Notes: a model not told the origin generated them from the sequence alone. A DNA stretch of 64,000 nt from Geosiphon pyriformis uo1 (GCA_016748015.1 JAAOMT010000503.1:794305-858304), one strand, 5' to 3'. Positions 38,430 to 53,399 are shown, numbered from the stretch's first letter. Numbers and translations: made by a program.

Positions 38430-40590
38430 ATTAAAGTATATAAGTTTTTATTCTTTATAATGGCTAAATTACAGACTTATACTGTTCTTGAAATGCATTC
38501 TGTTTTTTTGTGTTGTGGTTTTGTATTTGCATAGCCAGTTTGCTATTAATGCATATATTTTTGAAGTTTTGTTTATTGTATCAAATTTTTATAATTAGTG
38601 TTAAATAAAAAGGAAACATATTGCTAATCTAATTAAAAATAAAAAATTTTCTATTAAATAAATGAAGATTAAAGGTTATTCAAATATTCTAAGCAATATT
38701 AGGACTGATACAATAGTAGATAAGATTATTCACTTTTTTTTTTCTTTACTAACTGGAGTTTAAGAACAGTTTATAATAACTAAAAAGATAGTTGTATCTA
38801 ATAATACTTATTATTTTATTCATAATTTATATAGATTCATTTGTTATATTCAATAAAAGACCAGTCTGATTTTAACATAATTCTGAGTGTATTAATTAGA
38901 AAAGTAAATTGGCTGGCTATCATGAAGATCTAATATTTTAACTTACATATGCTTTCTGAGTTTATTAGTAAAAAATCTGCAAATCAGTACACATACTTGA
39001 TAAGACTGTATACAAACAGCTATTAGTAGCAGTTAGAAAAAAATTATATAACAAGATATATTCTAATATGCTGTGTTTGCTATATAATAAAATAAAGTTG
39101 TCTGATTATGTTTTTACTTGTGTTGGAGATAATAGTATTTAAAAAGAAATTTTGGAAAAAACTTCTGTAAAGTAGGTATTATTAATAAGTACTTACTACT
39201 TATTTTTTTTACTGTTTTGTAAATACTGTTACCAGTAGAATTTTAGCTATTAACTAGTATAAAATTATCTTTATAATTTCTATTATTAATTAGCATATAT
39301 TAATATTATTTCAAATTATTACTTATTATTTAATTAAATTATTAAATATTACTATTTAAATAACCCGATTTATACAATAAAAATTAGGATAATTAAATTA
39401 CACAATACTTCGAATTATATAATATTTAAGAATTTGCTAAAATTTATAAAAATTTACTAAAATAATTAATAATCTATTAAAATAACTTGTAGTTTGTCAA
39501 AATGTATCTTTAATTCAAGTTTATAAACTAGTATTACAACAAATTGTATAAAAAAAAAGCTTTTTTTTTCGAGAAAATATATTTTATTCAGAATCATCTT
39601 AAAATTTGAATTAATTAGCTTTATAAAAAAAAGTAATAAAAAACATTAAATACTTAAAAACCAAATTTTTTAATTATTTACACTTGAAATTTTTCAAAAC
39701 CCAATTAATATTTTGAAATTAATTAGCTACTAATTTCAGTAATTTGTTAATAATTCTAAGTCTGAACAGAAAACAATTTCTTTGCCAAAATTTTATTTCT
39801 TTTACATTTTTTTTATTTTTTTTATTTTTTTTATTATAATTATTAGAATAGCCTACAGACAAAATTTTTGTAGAAGAGTTGACTTTTACAGCAAAATAAC
39901 TATATATTTTAGTAAGTTTTTAAATAAACAATTTCTAAAAAAGAGTTAATGTTTACTACAACATAACTATACAAAGCAACTGGCATAGAATTAGCCATTT
40001 CCTTTATAAGCCCAACAGTTTAAATTATAGGAGATAATTTAAAGATAAATTTAGTTATTAGAGGTTTAATAACTTTTAATAAACATAAATTCACAGCAAA
40101 TAAGCATTTACAGCATTCAAAAAAAAACCAAAAATCTTTAGTAATAATACTTTCTTAATATTCTTTAAATATAAATCTATATATAGCAATTTGCAAAAAA
40201 TTTGTGTTAAGAAACTGGTATATTAAAACTGTTACAATTTTTAATAAGAAAGTAAAAGTTATTTCTATTTTTGTTAAATATTTAAAACATTTGATAGAAT
40301 TGTATTGTAATAAGATATGACTTGTAAAATCTAAACATAAAGTAAATATAGAGAAAACTGGATTGGTTAGAGATAGTAGTTTAGTTTTAAATTTGTTTTG
40401 TAGTATAATGTTTATATTATCAAATAAAGTAGTTTAATTGCTTAGTATAGTGAAATTTTTTGCAGTTAGTTTTGGTAGATGCAAATTATGACCTTTTTTT
40501 TGGTTAAAAACACATATATAAGTATAAATATTTAGTGTTGTTTTGTCTGATTTAAGTGACTAACCACATATAATAAAAACATAACTTAAT
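38430..40590 (+). mobile_element. Older, more decayed LINE 3' fragment (RNase H region to 3' module), interrupted by a solo LTR
   Basis: Colinear with 36900-38160 (atggctaaattacagactt, aagattaaaggttattca, gtagcagttagaaaa); decayed 3' module begins 40545. Confidence 0.7.
39227..40146 (+). mobile_element. Solo LTR-like element family 1, copy C; TSD ATAC
   Basis: TGTTACCAG...GTAATA (decayed GTAACA); ATAC on both sides; colinear with 54664-55637. Confidence 0.85.
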
Positions 40591-40599
40591 AACAAATTA

Positions 40600-42300
40600 A
40601 ATTAAAACAACCAAATTTAAATTCTAAAATTCTAAAAAATTTAACTTAAATTTAATTATAAAATTAATAACAAAAATAACCAAAGATATAATCACAAAAA
40701 AACCAAAAAGACAAAGCTTTAATATAAGATTTTGTATTAATAAAAATTAAATTAAAAATCTTAAAACCATTAATAAACTTGAAAAAAAACTTAAAAATAT
40801 TTTACAATCCAAAAACAAATAATTTAAATTCTAATATTTATAGTAATATTAAAATTTAAAATTTTTTTATTAAATATAACACTTATATAAAATGTTAGTT
40901 TTTAAAATTTATAATAGCAAAACATTAATAATAATAAAAATTAAAAGAGCAAAAAATAAAACACATATAATTATTAACTTAAAAAATCAAATTACTGATT
41001 TTAAAAATAATACAACCAAAAAAAAATTGATTAATTTAGTCTTAAACATGTTTTTTAAAATAATAATTTTTTTTAATTAAGCAAAAAAAAAATTTTGATA
41101 CTGTTTTTTTAATTAATGCAAATCAGTTAATAAGAACAATAATAACAAAAAAATTATTTTAAAATATTATTATAAGTTAACAAATTTTAACTTAATTAAA
41201 ATAATAATACCAAAAACACCAAAAGTATTTTTAATATTATCAACAAATATATTAAAAAAATATTATAAAATACAACAAATATAAAAAAAAGCCAAAACCA
41301 CTATAAAAAACTTTTTAATTTTAAGTATAATTAAAAAAAATTATTAATAAAAACTATAATAATAGCAATTAAAAAAGTTTTAAAAGCAAAATTTATATAA
41401 AACAACTTTTTATTTTTTAAAATTGATTTAAGTTTAATAAAATTAAACAACAAATAAAACAAAAATTTAATTATAATTAATTTGATTTTAAAAATAATAT
41501 TAAATAGCAAAGTAAATATTATCTATTTAAAAAAATTTTTATAATTAAAAATTGTTTTCTATAAACAATATTAAAAAACAAAAAAAAAATATTAATTTTA
41601 TTTTTATTTAATTAATTTAATTCTTAATATTAAATTACTTTATGAATTAATTAAATAAAAATATATCTAAAAATATGTTTTTTTTGTTTTTAAAATTAAT
41701 AATAATTTGCCAAAAAACATTATATTTGGTAATACAATCAGTAGTTAATCTTGGTTTATTTTAAAAAAAATATTATTTTTATTGTTATTTATATTAAAAA
41801 GAGAGCTAAATATTATTAAAATAATTTATTTAAGATTTTATCCAAATTACAAAAAAGTTTAATATAATAATAGCAAAAACAAGTAATTATTGCTGTTTTT
41901 AAAGTCTTTAATCTTTTTTGTTATTTGCAAAATAATAATAATAGTAATAATAAAAACAAAAAAATTAACTTATTAACTAATTTATTATTAAAAACTAGAG
42001 TTTTAAAAAAAAATAAAAACAATATTAAAATTAATCTTAGTGTATTTCTTAAAAAAATTTTAACTAAAAAAAATTACCAACCAAAAATAAAAAAAATAGT
42101 TTAAAAACTATTAAAAATAGTTTTTTATTATTAATATTTAAAAATTATATTATTAAAATATTTTGTTTAACTGTTTTAATAACAAAAAAACTCTCTTTTA
42201 TTAAATTTTATTAATTATTATAAAGAAAATAAAGATTAAAACTTTTTTACTTTTTGTTTTAATTGTAATTATAAAATTTAAAAGAAAAAAAAAGAGTTTT
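40600..42300 (-). mobile_element. Heavily decayed reverse-orientation copy of the ORF1-only element family
   Basis: Reverse complement of 41710-41760 (..gattgtattaccaaatataatgttttttggc) matches 44290-44322; further blocks are colinear; ends approximate. Confidence 0.65.
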
Positions 42301-43248
42301 TTTTTAATAATTTGTTTAATTTAAACATAATATTGTTATGATTAAAACTCATAATTTTTATTAGTTATTACATATATTAATTACTAATATCATATAATTA
42401 GCCATTTTATTTTTAAATAATAATTATTGATTTGATTAATAACTTGACTGTTAACCTAATTATTGACTTAATTATTAACTACTTTTAATAGCTATATAAG
42501 TAATAAGTCTCTTAGATATATAAAAATATATAGCAATAAATGTAACAATTAATTAAAAATAAATAAAATAACAACTTTTATCTCAATTTTTTTTTATTGC
42601 TTATTTTTTTTTTCTTACTTATAAGTATTTAAACATCTTGGAATAAAAAATTACTTATTGGCATTTACTTACTTTTTTTTGACTTATATAATTATAGTAT
42701 TTAAAAATTATTGAATAAAACATAACTGAAAAATATATCTAATATTTGATATTAAATTTTAAAAACATTAATGTAAGACATAGAATTATATTAGTGTGTT
42801 ATTATTTGTTAATAATATAAACTATTTTTCTATTTTTAGATTCTTTGATTATTTTTTGAAAAGAATAACAATTAAAATATTTTATAAGACTGATCTTGTA
42901 TATTAAATTCATATTTATTTAATTTGTTTCTTGAAGTTAAATTCTCTTTGATTAATTCCATTATCCTACAATCTTGTTTTCTCTTGCTATTTGTTAGTTT
43001 ATTATTCCAATCTGTAACAATATATAATTTAAACAAATTTTTTAATTTTAAAATAAATAATTATTAAATAATATATAGTTTTTTTTATTTAAAAAGATGA
43101 TTTTTTTTGTTAATAAATTCTTAGTTTTTATAATATTATTAATTTTTATAATATTATTAATAAAATTAAGTTAAAATAAAAAATAATAATAAAATTATTT
43201 TAATTTAGTTTAAAGTAATATAGTTGATTTTTTGTTTACAATAAAAAT

Positions 43249-43742
43249 TGGCTCTGTATAAGAGCTTTGTTTTCAATGATGTGTATTGTGAGTCTATTTT
43301 TGTTTACAAGAATCCTGAGGTGGCAGTTTTTAATATTGTGGACTTTGTTTACAAGTTTTGCTTTGCATTCTATGATGATATCTGACTGGTCTGTATAAGA
43401 CACCAGGCTATTATGAAAAAGAATAAGCTGATTCCACGTGATGGCTCTGTCCCTGTCTCTATTTCTGGTTTTGCTTTCCAGCTTTCAGCTGGTGTGATTA
43501 GGTTGTTGGGTGTTGCTAATGCACTCAGCATTAGTTTTGGGTTTCACAAGCCTTGTTTGTTTTTTGTGGATATTAGTGACATGGTTTCTGTTGATATAAA
43601 TGCATAGTATTGTTCTAACTAGTCTGAATGGCTGGTCACATATAGAAAAAGCATGATTCGTACCTAGTTTAGATTATTTGAATGATATATAGTTTTAGGT
43701 AGTGTTTGGATTTCACTTGTTAAAAGATAAAAAAAAAAAAAA
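43249..43742 (+). mobile_element. Short 5'-truncated LINE 3' end with poly(A) and perfect 11-bp TSD
   Basis: ORF2 C-terminus (MKKNKLIPRDGSVPVSISG..FGFHKPCLFF) homologous to the 32976 and 37671 ORFs; TSD ACAATAAAAAT at 43238-43248 and 43743-43753. Confidence 0.88.
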
Positions 43743-43789
43743 ACAATAAAAATACCAAAACAAATAATTATTAAAAAAAACTTTTTGTC

Positions 43790-46040
43790 TTTTTAATTTT
43801 ATAATTATGATTAAAGCAAAAAGTAAAAAAGCTGTATCTAATATTTTTTCTAAAATATCTAATAAAGTTTTAACCAGAAAAGTTTTTTCTGTTGTAAAAA
43901 CAGCTAGACAAAATATTTTAAAAGCTTTTTTCTTAAATAATTATTAAAGCATTTTTTTATTTTTAGTTGGTTCTTTATCAGTTAAAATTCTCTTAAAAAA
44001 ACACATCTAAGTTAGTTTTAGTGTTGTTTTTATCTCTACCAAAAGTTTAAAAGTTTTTAATAGTAAACCAGTTAATAAACTGGTTTTTCTAATCATTGTT
44101 ATTATATTTGGTACTACTAATACCACTTTTTTGAAAATAGCCAAAAAGACTAAGGATTCTAAAAAGTAGAAATAATTACTTACTTTTACTATTATTATAT
44201 TGAACTTTTTTGTGATTCCAAATAAGATTTTAAATAAAATTTTTATTATATCATTCAGCATATTGTTTAAGATAGACCAAAATCAATTATTGGTTGTATT
44301 ACCAAATATGGTATCTTTTGGCAAATTTTTGCTGGTTTTAAAAGCAAAGCAATAGTTTTTTGTTGAGTTATTTGTTTTTGAGAACTGGGCTAACCAAATA
44401 AAAACTAATTTATCATTATCTTTTCTGGTTTCTAATACTATTGTTGATAACACTTTAAAAATTATTACTAATTATTAAAAGTTTGCTAAGTAAATAGTCT
44501 TTACTTTGGTGTCTAGTATAATTTTTAAGATTAAATTGGCTTATATTAAGACTGTTTTCCAATTTGTACATGGTTTTTGGGTGTAAAATTAGTATTAAAA
44601 AATAATATAAAACTTTTTTATATAGAGTTTGTTTTTTAAGAGTCTTTGGAAGCTGTTTTTTTTGAGCTTATAAGTTTTGTTTATCTAACTACTCTTAAAA
44701 TTATCAAATTTTTAATAGTTTCTAAGTCTGGTTCTTTTTCTGTTACTATTGTATTATGTAATATATTTTTGAATATATTTGTCATCAATATTCAGATAGT
44801 TTTTAATATATTTGGTAAAGTTTTCTATATTGTGCTAAAGTTAACTAGTGTTTAATAATATGTGATTGTTTATTTCAAAATTTTAAATGCTGTTACATCT
44901 GTTTTAAATTATTAATCAGTTTTGTTAAGTAAATATAATATTAAAATTCTCTTTTTTGTGAATTAAAATAAGAATATTCTGTTTTATAATAAGTTTAAAG
45001 TCAAGTTGGTTAACTTTTCTTTTGGCTGTATTGTCTATAAAATTAGTAATATAATTTTTTAAATTGGTAATCAAACTTGTTTTATTCTTTACTTATCTAA
45101 TTTTGGTTATTGTTTTTGGTTTGTTTTGTTATATTTGGCTTATAGAATAATTTAAATACTGCTATTATTAAAACTAATATTTTGAAAAAATATTGTATCT
45201 GGTAGAAAATTTCTGAATGCCAATACTATTTTAAGTGCCAAAGTTTGAATTATTTGGCTGTTGATTGCAAAGTGTTTTTATTTCTTTTTTTCAAAACTTT
45301 AGGGTTTTTGTGCCTTATTTTATTAATATTAAGTTTTATATTAAGGCTGTTATTTCTTTGTTTCTTTCAATTTTTAGTTTTCCAATTGGTTTTGCTTTTT
45401 TTGCTAATTTAATAATTAAAATTTCTGTGATTTCTTCTTAGTTGGCCTCTTTAAAGTCTAATTTGGCCAAGTTTTTTGCTCTAATTAAGTTTATTGTTAA
45501 ATTAATTAGATTTTTGGTTACTGTATTTAAACAATTTATTAATAGTAATTTGGTTTTAAGTAGTATACTTGGTCTTAGAGTTAATAAGATTTTAAAACAT
45601 ATGGATATCTTTAGCAAAGCAGTCAATAAGTTGAAATAAGAAATAGTTGCTTTAAAAACTGAGTGTAATTATAAAAACATTAATATATCTGGCCTTTATG
45701 TAAGTTTATTTATAATTAATAATAATATGTTTTTTAACTTAATGTTATTATAAGAACATAAATTTATTAGTATCAAGATTAATGCTTTAAAAACAGCCAA
45801 TTGGCTAGTTAAATTGGTTAATAATAGTATTATATTGTTTAAAATTATTTAAAAGATGTTTTTTTTGAATAAGTTTTTTTTTATTGTATTAATATAGTAT
45901 AGTCTGAACTGGCTTAAGTAGCTGATTATATATAGAAAACACATAAACCATATTTAACACTAGAATGTTTGGTTTGTTTTTAATTTTTAAATAGTAATTA
46001 GGCCATATTTATTAAATATCTAATAAAAAAACAAAAAAAA
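43790..46040 (+). mobile_element. ORF1-only (HAL1-like) non-LTR element copy 1: decayed ORF of about 700 codons (43807-45897), then the LINE 3' module and an A-rich tail
   Basis: Colinear with 53435-56618; RRM-like repeats, knuckle remnant (FKCQSLNYLAVDC), coiled coil; no APE/RT between the ORF stop and the tail. Confidence 0.78.
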
Positions 46041-47738
46041 ACACAAAACTTAAAAAATAATAATATTGTTTTTATCTATTTTTTTTTCTTATTTTTTTTT
46101 AAAATTATTTTTTTTAATATAAGTCTATTTATGATCATAAAATTGGCTGGCAGTTTAATTAAGATTATAAATACTAAAAAAAATAGTGTAAAAAACTGTT
46201 TTAATTAAAAAAAAATTATAATATTTACATATATAATTTAAAAAACTTTATTAAATAATCTAAAAAACTTACTGCTAAGTTTAATATTGTAAACTTTTTA
46301 ATTAGGCCTTTAATTATAAATATGCTAAAAAGTAGTAACATAATTAAATAATATTCTTAGAACAGTAAAGTTAAAAGTAAAAAAAAAAGCATTAATAAGG
46401 CATCTAATTTAAAAAATTTAAAAAACAAAATAATAAAAAAAACAAGTTATATTGACTTAAATAATTCAAGCAATAATGATGAACATATAGATAAAATTAT
46501 GTTTAAAAACACTTGTAGTTATTAACAAAAAAACATATTAATTGTGATTATGATTAATACAATCAGATATAAATTAATTAATTATTATTTTTAGTAACTA
46601 TTTCTAAATAGTAATTACAGATTTAAAATATTAGACTACACAAATAAAAATGTATAAAAATTTTGAAGTATAATAAAGTCTATTATTATCAGATTATATA
46701 CATTAATTCTTAATTTTCATTGGTGTTTTTTACTTTGTTAAGATTTTTTATATTCAATTTAGTAAAATAATTAGATTATACCATATTTTTTTGTTATCAT
46801 TAAACTAATTGCTAATTTTTTATTTTTTATTTATTAATTAATTTTGTTGATTAAATGTAATAATATAGACTTTTTTTTACATAATTTTAATAATAATTTT
46901 TATAATATGTGTTTTAATTTTTGCATTAAAAAACTATGAAAATCTTTGATAATATTGTATCAAAACTTATAACTTGATTGTATTCTTTAAAAAACTATTG
47001 TTTAATATGCTAAGTAATAATAAATCTTTTGATTTACTATTACTTATATTTATTAGTATTAATATATACATAATTACAAATACCAAAAAAAGCAAAAGTT
47101 TTATACCAGTTAAGTTATTTGCTTTGGATGTTGGTTTTATTGCAGTTTTTGGCAAGTCTTTAAACAAAAAAGTGAAAGTTTTTAAAAAACTTTTTTATTA
47201 AATTGATAGTTTTAAAGAAGTAACAGCTTTTTCAAAATTTTAAAATATCATTAAAGCATTATTTATGTTCAAAACTAGTCTGGAAGCTGTTAAGTGGCTG
47301 GTTATAAGTAAAAAAATTTTTGTTAATAATAATCTAAAAAAAATTAATACTAAATCAAATCAAAAAATTATATTTTAAAAAAATCCAATAAATCCTTTTA
47401 AATTAATGCTTAATGCAATACTATTTAAATTTGGCAAAATTGTTTCTATTAAAATACAGTTAATTGGCTTTTGACAAAAAACATTTGTTAAGTTTAAAAG
47501 TTTTAAAGCTATTAATTTGGTGTTTTTTAAATAATTAATTTTTTTAGACAAAAACTTGGTATATATAGCAAAAGCCAATATTAATAAACAATTATAGAAT
47601 AATAAAAATCATTATTATGCTTTTTTATATATGCTGCTAATAAACATATTTGTTTATAATATTTCTGATTTAGTTTTATTATATGGTAGAAAAACATGTA
47701 TTATTACTTATAATTAAATCTTATATATATAAACACAT

Positions 47739-48709
47739 TGTTACCAGAGGTTTTTAGTCTCTTTTCTTAAATGTTGTTAATGTTAATTTGCTGTGAATTT
47801 ACATTTTTAGGAAGTAGTTGAACCTCCAGTAACTGAATTTATTTTCAAATTATCTCTTATAATTTGAACTGCTGGGCTTATAAGTGAAATGGCCAATTCC
47901 ATGCCAGTTACTTTTATGTAGTTATATTGTAGTAAATATCAACTCTTTTCCAGGAATTGCTTGTCTGAAAGCTCACTAAAAATGTGTAGTTACTTTGCTG
48001 TAAAAGTCAACTCTTTTACAGAAATCTCATCTGTAGGCTACCCTAATGATTGTAATAGAAAAATAAAAAAAAAATAAAAAAAATGTAAAAGAAATAGAAT
48101 TGTGTCAAAGGAAACGTTTTCTATCCAGGCCTGGAGTTACTAACAGATTACTGAGATTGGTAGCTAGTCAATTTCAAAATGTTAGTCGTTTTGAGGGAAT
48201 TTCAAGTGTAATGATTTAAGGATTTGGTTTTCGAATATTTAATTTTTATTTGAAATGTAAAAAGATAATTTGTTCTAATTAAGATATCTAAGTAAGATAC
48301 TATGATAAGATATTATGGGAAGATACATTTTTTTAAAGAGAGAAGCTCTTCTTTTATACAACTTGTTGTAGTACTAGTCTTTGAACTTGCACTTTTCTCT
48401 TTGCTACAATTTTGGTGAACTAAAGATACATTTCGGCAAACTACAAGTTATTTTACTGAACTATTGATTATTTCGGCTAATTTTTATTAATTTCGGCCAA
48501 TTTTGACTATGTTAAATGGTTCAGAGTATTGTGTAATTTGATCATCTTAATTTCTATAATACAAATTGGATTATTGATTGAGTAATAATATTTAATAATT
48601 TGATTAAATAATAAGTGATATTCGAGATAATAATAATATATGCTAATTAATAATAAGAATTATGAAGGTAATTTCATGCTAATTAATAGCTAAAATTCTA
48701 CTGGTAACA
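47739..48709 (-). mobile_element. Solo LTR-like element family 1, copy A (reverse); TSD ACAT
   Basis: TGTTACCAG...CTGGTAACA; ACAT on both sides; reverse complement of 54664-55637. Confidence 0.88.
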
Positions 48710-50069
48710 ACATTATATTGTTGTATATTTTGACTTTATTATAAATAAAAATACTATCATTTTCTTGACTCTGGTTTTTAAAGATATAGACTTGTTTTGG
48801 ATTGGACTTTTTAGTTTAATTTGTGCTAAATATGGAAAAATTGATCATATTTTCAATATTTATAAGCCAAGTTTAAAATTTTTTAGTCAAAACTTAAAGA
48901 AAAAATTCTTTAATTTTAACAAAAAATGTCTTGTTTTAATCTATACAAAGAAACAAGCTCCGATGTTTTGTTTAATATCTTTTAATAATATAACTTGGAT
49001 TTCTATAATAAGTATTAGTTTAAAATAATTTCTTTTTAAGTTATTTGTTGATGTTTTTTGGTAAATATATTAATTAGTAATTTCAAAAAAGTTTTTGTTA
49101 TTTAACTTTGGCTTTTTAATTGAATATTTTTAAGTATTTCTTAAAGTTTTTGTTTAATTGCATTACAAAATTTTTTTATAAATTAAATGGCTTTTTTTTT
49201 GCTATTATTAAATTGCATTTTAAAAATGTCTAGTTTGGTTGTTAATTTAGTATTAAATATGATTATTAATAAGTTGTTGTCTATTTTCTTTGTTTTAAGT
49301 ATTAATTCTAATGTTTTTTAGTAGATCCAAAGTTTTGACTGCTAAAATTAGTGATCTGAAAACTAATATAGTGGTTTTAAAAAATTAAATTAAATTAATT
49401 ATAGAAAAATTGAAGTTTTTTAGTTTAGATAAAAATATGTATTTTTTTTTCATTTTTAATAAGTAGTTTAACTTAAAAATAGCTATGAGTAATATTAAAA
49501 AAATAAATGTTCTTGTTAAGCAAAATAACATTATTAAATAGCATAATAAGTTATATTTTAATTATTACTAAAACTAAGTTTTGTTTTAATATTAAATTTT
49601 GAATTACAAATAAGTTTTTGAATATAAAAGTATTTATTTCTGGTTTAAATTCTAAGTATTTAAATATTAGTGTTGCTTTAATTGTGAATAAATATTTAGT
49701 TAAGCATAGTTTAAAAATTTAAAAAATTTTAGCAGGTTTTTAATGATTTGTTTATTTTTTAAAAACAAATAATTAATTTTTGTATTAAAATTATATATAA
49801 GCACATCTTTGGAAAAATGTTTGAATTAAGCAATTATTGTTAATTTTTTTATAACTTATATATCCAATAAAAGTATTTTTATTATTTTAAAAGATAATTT
49901 TAATAAAGATAATATTAATTATAATGCCAACTTTAAAAGATGTGTAAATTTAAGTTTAATTAATTTCTTATTTAGTAGTTTATTTGTTAAGTTTTTTATT
50001 TAAAAAAACTCTAAAAATATTAAAAAAACTATTGACTTCATTTTTATTTTGTTTAACTTGGTGAATACA

Positions 50070-50076
<7 letters not shown>

Positions 50077-50102
<26 letters not shown>

Positions 50103-50619
50103 TAACGAGTAAGACCCAAATACTACCTAAACTATGATACCACAGAAGGAATTATATTATAGACATAAATCATGCATTTTCTACACATAATTAGACACTT
50201 GGCCCAATCAAGGATTCACTACACTGAATTAAAAGTAGGTGAGAATAACTTCAACCCATGAATTTTCTCAATAATACCATTCAGATTCCTAGAGTCAAAA
50301 ATAAACTCACTAAGAAACAATCTAGTATACTCAATATTGCTCTTGGTCTCAGCACCAGACATTCGCCACAAAGCAATAACATGCTTAATAGTGTCCTCAC
50401 TTAAAAAGGAAGGCTTAGCAGCCAGTATACTATCATAATTCATACCACCAAAGTCAACCTCAGATCTAAGACAAGCAATGTCCTTAGAAACTTCAACTAT
50501 GAAGTTAGCAAAATTGTTACCAGCATTCTTTATGGAAATAATATTTTTCTCAACCTGAACAGTCTTAACAGCATTATCATCAAGAAGACGAGACATCAAA
50601 GCAACCAAAAAACCAACAG
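50077..50619 (-). mobile_element. 5'-truncated ORF1-only element of a second subfamily inserted into the LINE APE domain; (TAA)n tail and ~21-bp degenerate TSD
   Basis: Open coiled-coil C-terminus (stop 50219-50221) resembling 55858-56508, then the shared 3' module; TSD acttggtgaatacattattta (50056-50076) / acttaataaatacattaatta (50620-50640). Confidence 0.78.
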
Positions 50620-52282
50620 ACTTAATAAATACATTAATTAACAAAAAAATCACATATATAAATAAATTTTTTAATATTAATCACAATGCTGTTTATATTA
50701 TTATTGGCTTTAAAAGTTTTTTGAATCTGGTTTTAAGAACTATTTATATGTAAGCCAATAATAATCATTAAAAATTCAATATAAAAAATGTTAATAATAT
50801 TAAATAAAAATTTTTCAGAATTTTAATGTTTCATATTGTTGCCATATTTGTTAATAATTTTGCTGCTGTAAAAAAATTTTCAAACATGAATAAGATGTAA
50901 AATATTGTTTATAAAGTAGTTTGTCTTTTAGTAAATAAAATATTTTTTAAGTCTTAATTTAAGAATTATAATATTATTTTTACAAAATCTTTATTTTGTT
51001 TTTATAAATTGGAAATTTTGGTTTTTAAATTAATCAAAACATTTTATTTGGCCCTAAATAATATATTTAAAACTTTGGCTTTTATTTAATACTAATAATA
51101 TCTCTAACATAAAAGTATTTATTAATTTAAATACTTATTTTAATGTTGTTTAGTCTGTTTTATTAAGAATTAAGAAGTCATATTAAGCTTTTAAAATAAC
51201 AAAATTTTAACATACTAAAGAAATAGTATTAAGTTTGCTATTAACAATAGAATAAAAAAGTTTGAGATAAATAAAAGTCATACTATTTAAAATGTTTTAA
51301 AGCATTTTTTTTATAAAATATTATTAAACTATTTGATAGTTAAAAAAAATTGGTGTTGAAATTTGAATTGGCCAAATCTAGAATAGATATTATTATAAAG
51401 AGTGGACAAAAAATTATAAAATATTAAATAAAATACTGTTATAATTTAAAAATTTAGCAAAAGAATCATAAAATAATATAAATTATCTAATCATAATATA
51501 ACACAATAATAATCTTAGAAAAGTAATAATTAATATAGTAATAAGTACTATTTCATAATAGTAACAAATACTAATTTACAATAATAATTATACCAACTGA
51601 TAATAGTAGCAAACATCAAGTTAAGATATCAAAAAAAAGTTTTACAATGTGTTTTTTTGTAAAACTACAAACATATATATATATAGTAGTTTTAATATTA
51701 AAAAAAACAACAAGTTATCAAACAATTTATTTAACAGTTCTATTTTAATTATTTTTTAGTCTTTACTTTTAAATCAAAAAGAAATAAAAAAAATATTAAA
51801 AATTAAATTATTATAACTCAAAGTATTAAGAAATTTATTTGTATTATTTATTGAATAAAACTATTATTTATTAGCTAAATTTCTTAGAAAAATAATTTCT
51901 GATCAAGATTATTTATATTGTTATTAATTAATAAAAACTTTATTATAAGAATTAGAAAAAATGTTAAAGACTATTAATATTTTATGTTTCTAGATTAAAA
52001 AAACACATTAGACAATTGCAAAAATAGTCTTAAAAAAAACCCTAAACAATGGGTAAATTTCAATTTAGTCTTTGGAAAAGAATACATAAACACATACACA
52101 ATAATTAAAAATTGAGAAATAACTTATATTATAATATTAAGAGAAAGTTTTTAGTATAACAGTAATATTATTACACAAATAGAATTGAAGAACTTATAAA
52201 AAACTAATTGTAATTAAAATGAAATATTAGTTATTAAAATAACCAAGAAAACCATTTCATAATAATACTTAAAATATGGTGT

Positions 52283-53104
52283 TGTTATTTATAGAAAATA
52301 GAAATTATAATAATAAGTAAAATAGCCAATTAGAAATAGGCATAATAAAAAAAAATTGTAGGATTTCTCTTAAAAAATTACAAGATTCCAGAATTTCAGA
52401 ATTCTTTTCAAAAAATTACAGAATTTTAAAAAATCTTGTATAATATGAAATATGTATATATAGTAAGAATGTTAAAAGCAGAAAACGTAATTTCAAAAAA
52501 ATTCAATAGAATAAATAAAATTCAATTCAATTCAATTCAAAACAACAATACTTTTTCTTTTAAAAAATAGTTTTCTAAAACTTAAAATGGAATTATTTTC
52601 ATATTAATAAAATTATTTATTATTATTCAATCCATAATATTATCACTTAATTAAAGAAATATTAATTTATTTCACTATATTAACATTTTATATTGATAAA
52701 ATTCAATATTTAATCATACTAGATTAATAGCTCTTGATTACAGTTATTAATAGAATACTAATTTTTTATTTTTTATTTTTATTTTTTGTTGTTTATTAAT
52801 TAATTAAAAAAATTAAGCATTGAGTATTTGATGTTAAGAATAGCCTAATAAAAAACTCAGGATAAGAGTAAAAATTTAAGAATAGCTTACTAAAAGAATA
52901 TAACTGTTAGAATAAACTGGTTATTATGCTAAAAAAAAAAATTCACAGAAAAAATCATTAATTAAATCTCTGTTTATTATACAAAAAACTCAACCAAAAC
53001 TTTTAGACTCCAAAACCTTCAAAAATTACCAATATTACCAACTATTAAATACCAAGTTACAAATTTGTTATTTGTTCCAACACTCCAAATAATTATCTGT
53101 AATA
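52283..53104 (+). mobile_element. Decayed solo LTR, family 2; TSD GTGT/GTAT
   Basis: TGTTATTTATAG...TCTGTAATA is colinear with 56619-57441; the 4-bp flanks differ by one G>A. Confidence 0.8.
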
Positions 53105-53399
53105 GTATTATCAATATCTTTTATTAAATTATATTATTAATAATACTTTTTATAATATTATGTATTTTATTGGTTTTGGTAAATTGTTGAATATAATAAT
53201 AGATTTATTTAATAAGAAAACAGTTGGTTTTTCTGGTATTTTAAATAAATATAATAATATTGTAACAAAATAGTATTGAATATGTTTTTAAATATTTTAA
53301 TCTTTTGTTTAATAGATAAATCTGTTTCTTAATCTTAAAGAAAAGCTTGAGTTTTAATAATTTCCAAACCATATAAATAGAAAAATATATTTTTAAAAT

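Larger units (their letters stand above)
46130..51420 (+). mobile_element. Decayed 5' half of an autonomous LINE: ORF1 (RRM/knuckle, to about 49460) and ORF2 APE endonuclease, with two nested insertions
   Basis: ORF1 FALDVGFIAVFGK.., LICAKYGKIDHIF; ORF2 start LKIAMSNIK, IITKTK, IILKDNFN, KTIDFIF and NINHNAV correspond to decayed APE motifs (N, E, GDFN, IDY, SDH). Confidence 0.7.

Noticed and set aside
51430-52282. Possible additional transposon remnant (also 42350-43230 and 33450-34200)
   Set aside because: Too decayed to assign any motif or boundary by eye.
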